NCBI GenBank assembly: GCA_035084275.1 | Contig: CM068750.1 | Location: 4,526,001 to 4,590,000, forward strand | Length of the DNA: 64,000 nt | Source: Hydrolagus colliei | Taxonomy: Eukaryota | Reading direction: 5' to 3' | In this document: in pieces, positions 63,835 through 64,000 of the stretch | Numbering within the stretch: position 1 is the first letter of the stretch | How the letters are laid out: every line of letters begins with the position of its first letter | Made by a program: the position numbers and the translations under genes | The notes under the pieces: generated by a model | The model's database searches: none | What the model saw: only the letters and a program-made list of their open reading frames with translations | Told to the model about the DNA's origin: nothing

Positions 63835-64000
63835 TTATCTACGTCTCCCTATCAGCCTGCCCGTCCCCTCCATTCAGCAGACTCAGGCCTGCTCCGCGTC
63901 CACCGCCCTAACCGCCCAACCATCGGCGGCCGGGCTTTCAGCCTCTCTGCTCCCACACTGTGGAACTCCATCCCACAGCCCCTCCCCCTCACTTCCTCCC
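63835..64000 (+). mobile_element. L2 LINE fragment running off the window edge
   Basis: Near-identical to 36290-36420. Confidence 0.93.

Noticed and set aside
1-64000. CRISPR array, operon or other prokaryote-type novel system
   Set aside because: The recurring motifs are dispersed retroposon tails in both orientations rather than regularly spaced repeats, and the sequence is vertebrate intronic/intergenic DNA.

Overview
This is eukaryotic, vertebrate genomic DNA, not prokaryotic. It is repeat-rich and has two assembly gaps. The SINE/L2/CR1 repertoire suggests a cartilaginous fish such as Callorhinchus (inference). The only confidently identified coding sequence is the 67-nt first coding exon of EML1 on the minus strand (12864->12798, MEDGFPGYSSLYDTSSLLQFCN, phase-1 GT donor). 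Positions 1-12797 are therefore EML1 intron 1, and the rest of the window is upstream sequence that may hold alternative first exons. The remainder is dominated by a tRNA-derived, Deu-domain-like SINE (about 30 copies or fragments by eye) that shares its 3' end with 5'-truncated L2 LINEs. There are also CR1 3' ends, an older AmnSINE2/UCON3-like family, one hAT MITE with TIRs and a TSD, and a CT-rich minisatellite at the promoter. I found no convincing new multi-gene system. The best leads are RFX X-boxes at and around the EML1 promoter, several phase-compatible candidate alternative first exons, a perfect 17-bp hairpin inside a possible plus-strand spliced non-coding transcript, and an apparent excess of Tc1/mariner-type TACWGTA footprints. 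Repeat boundaries are by-eye approximations, and family names are from recall without a database search.
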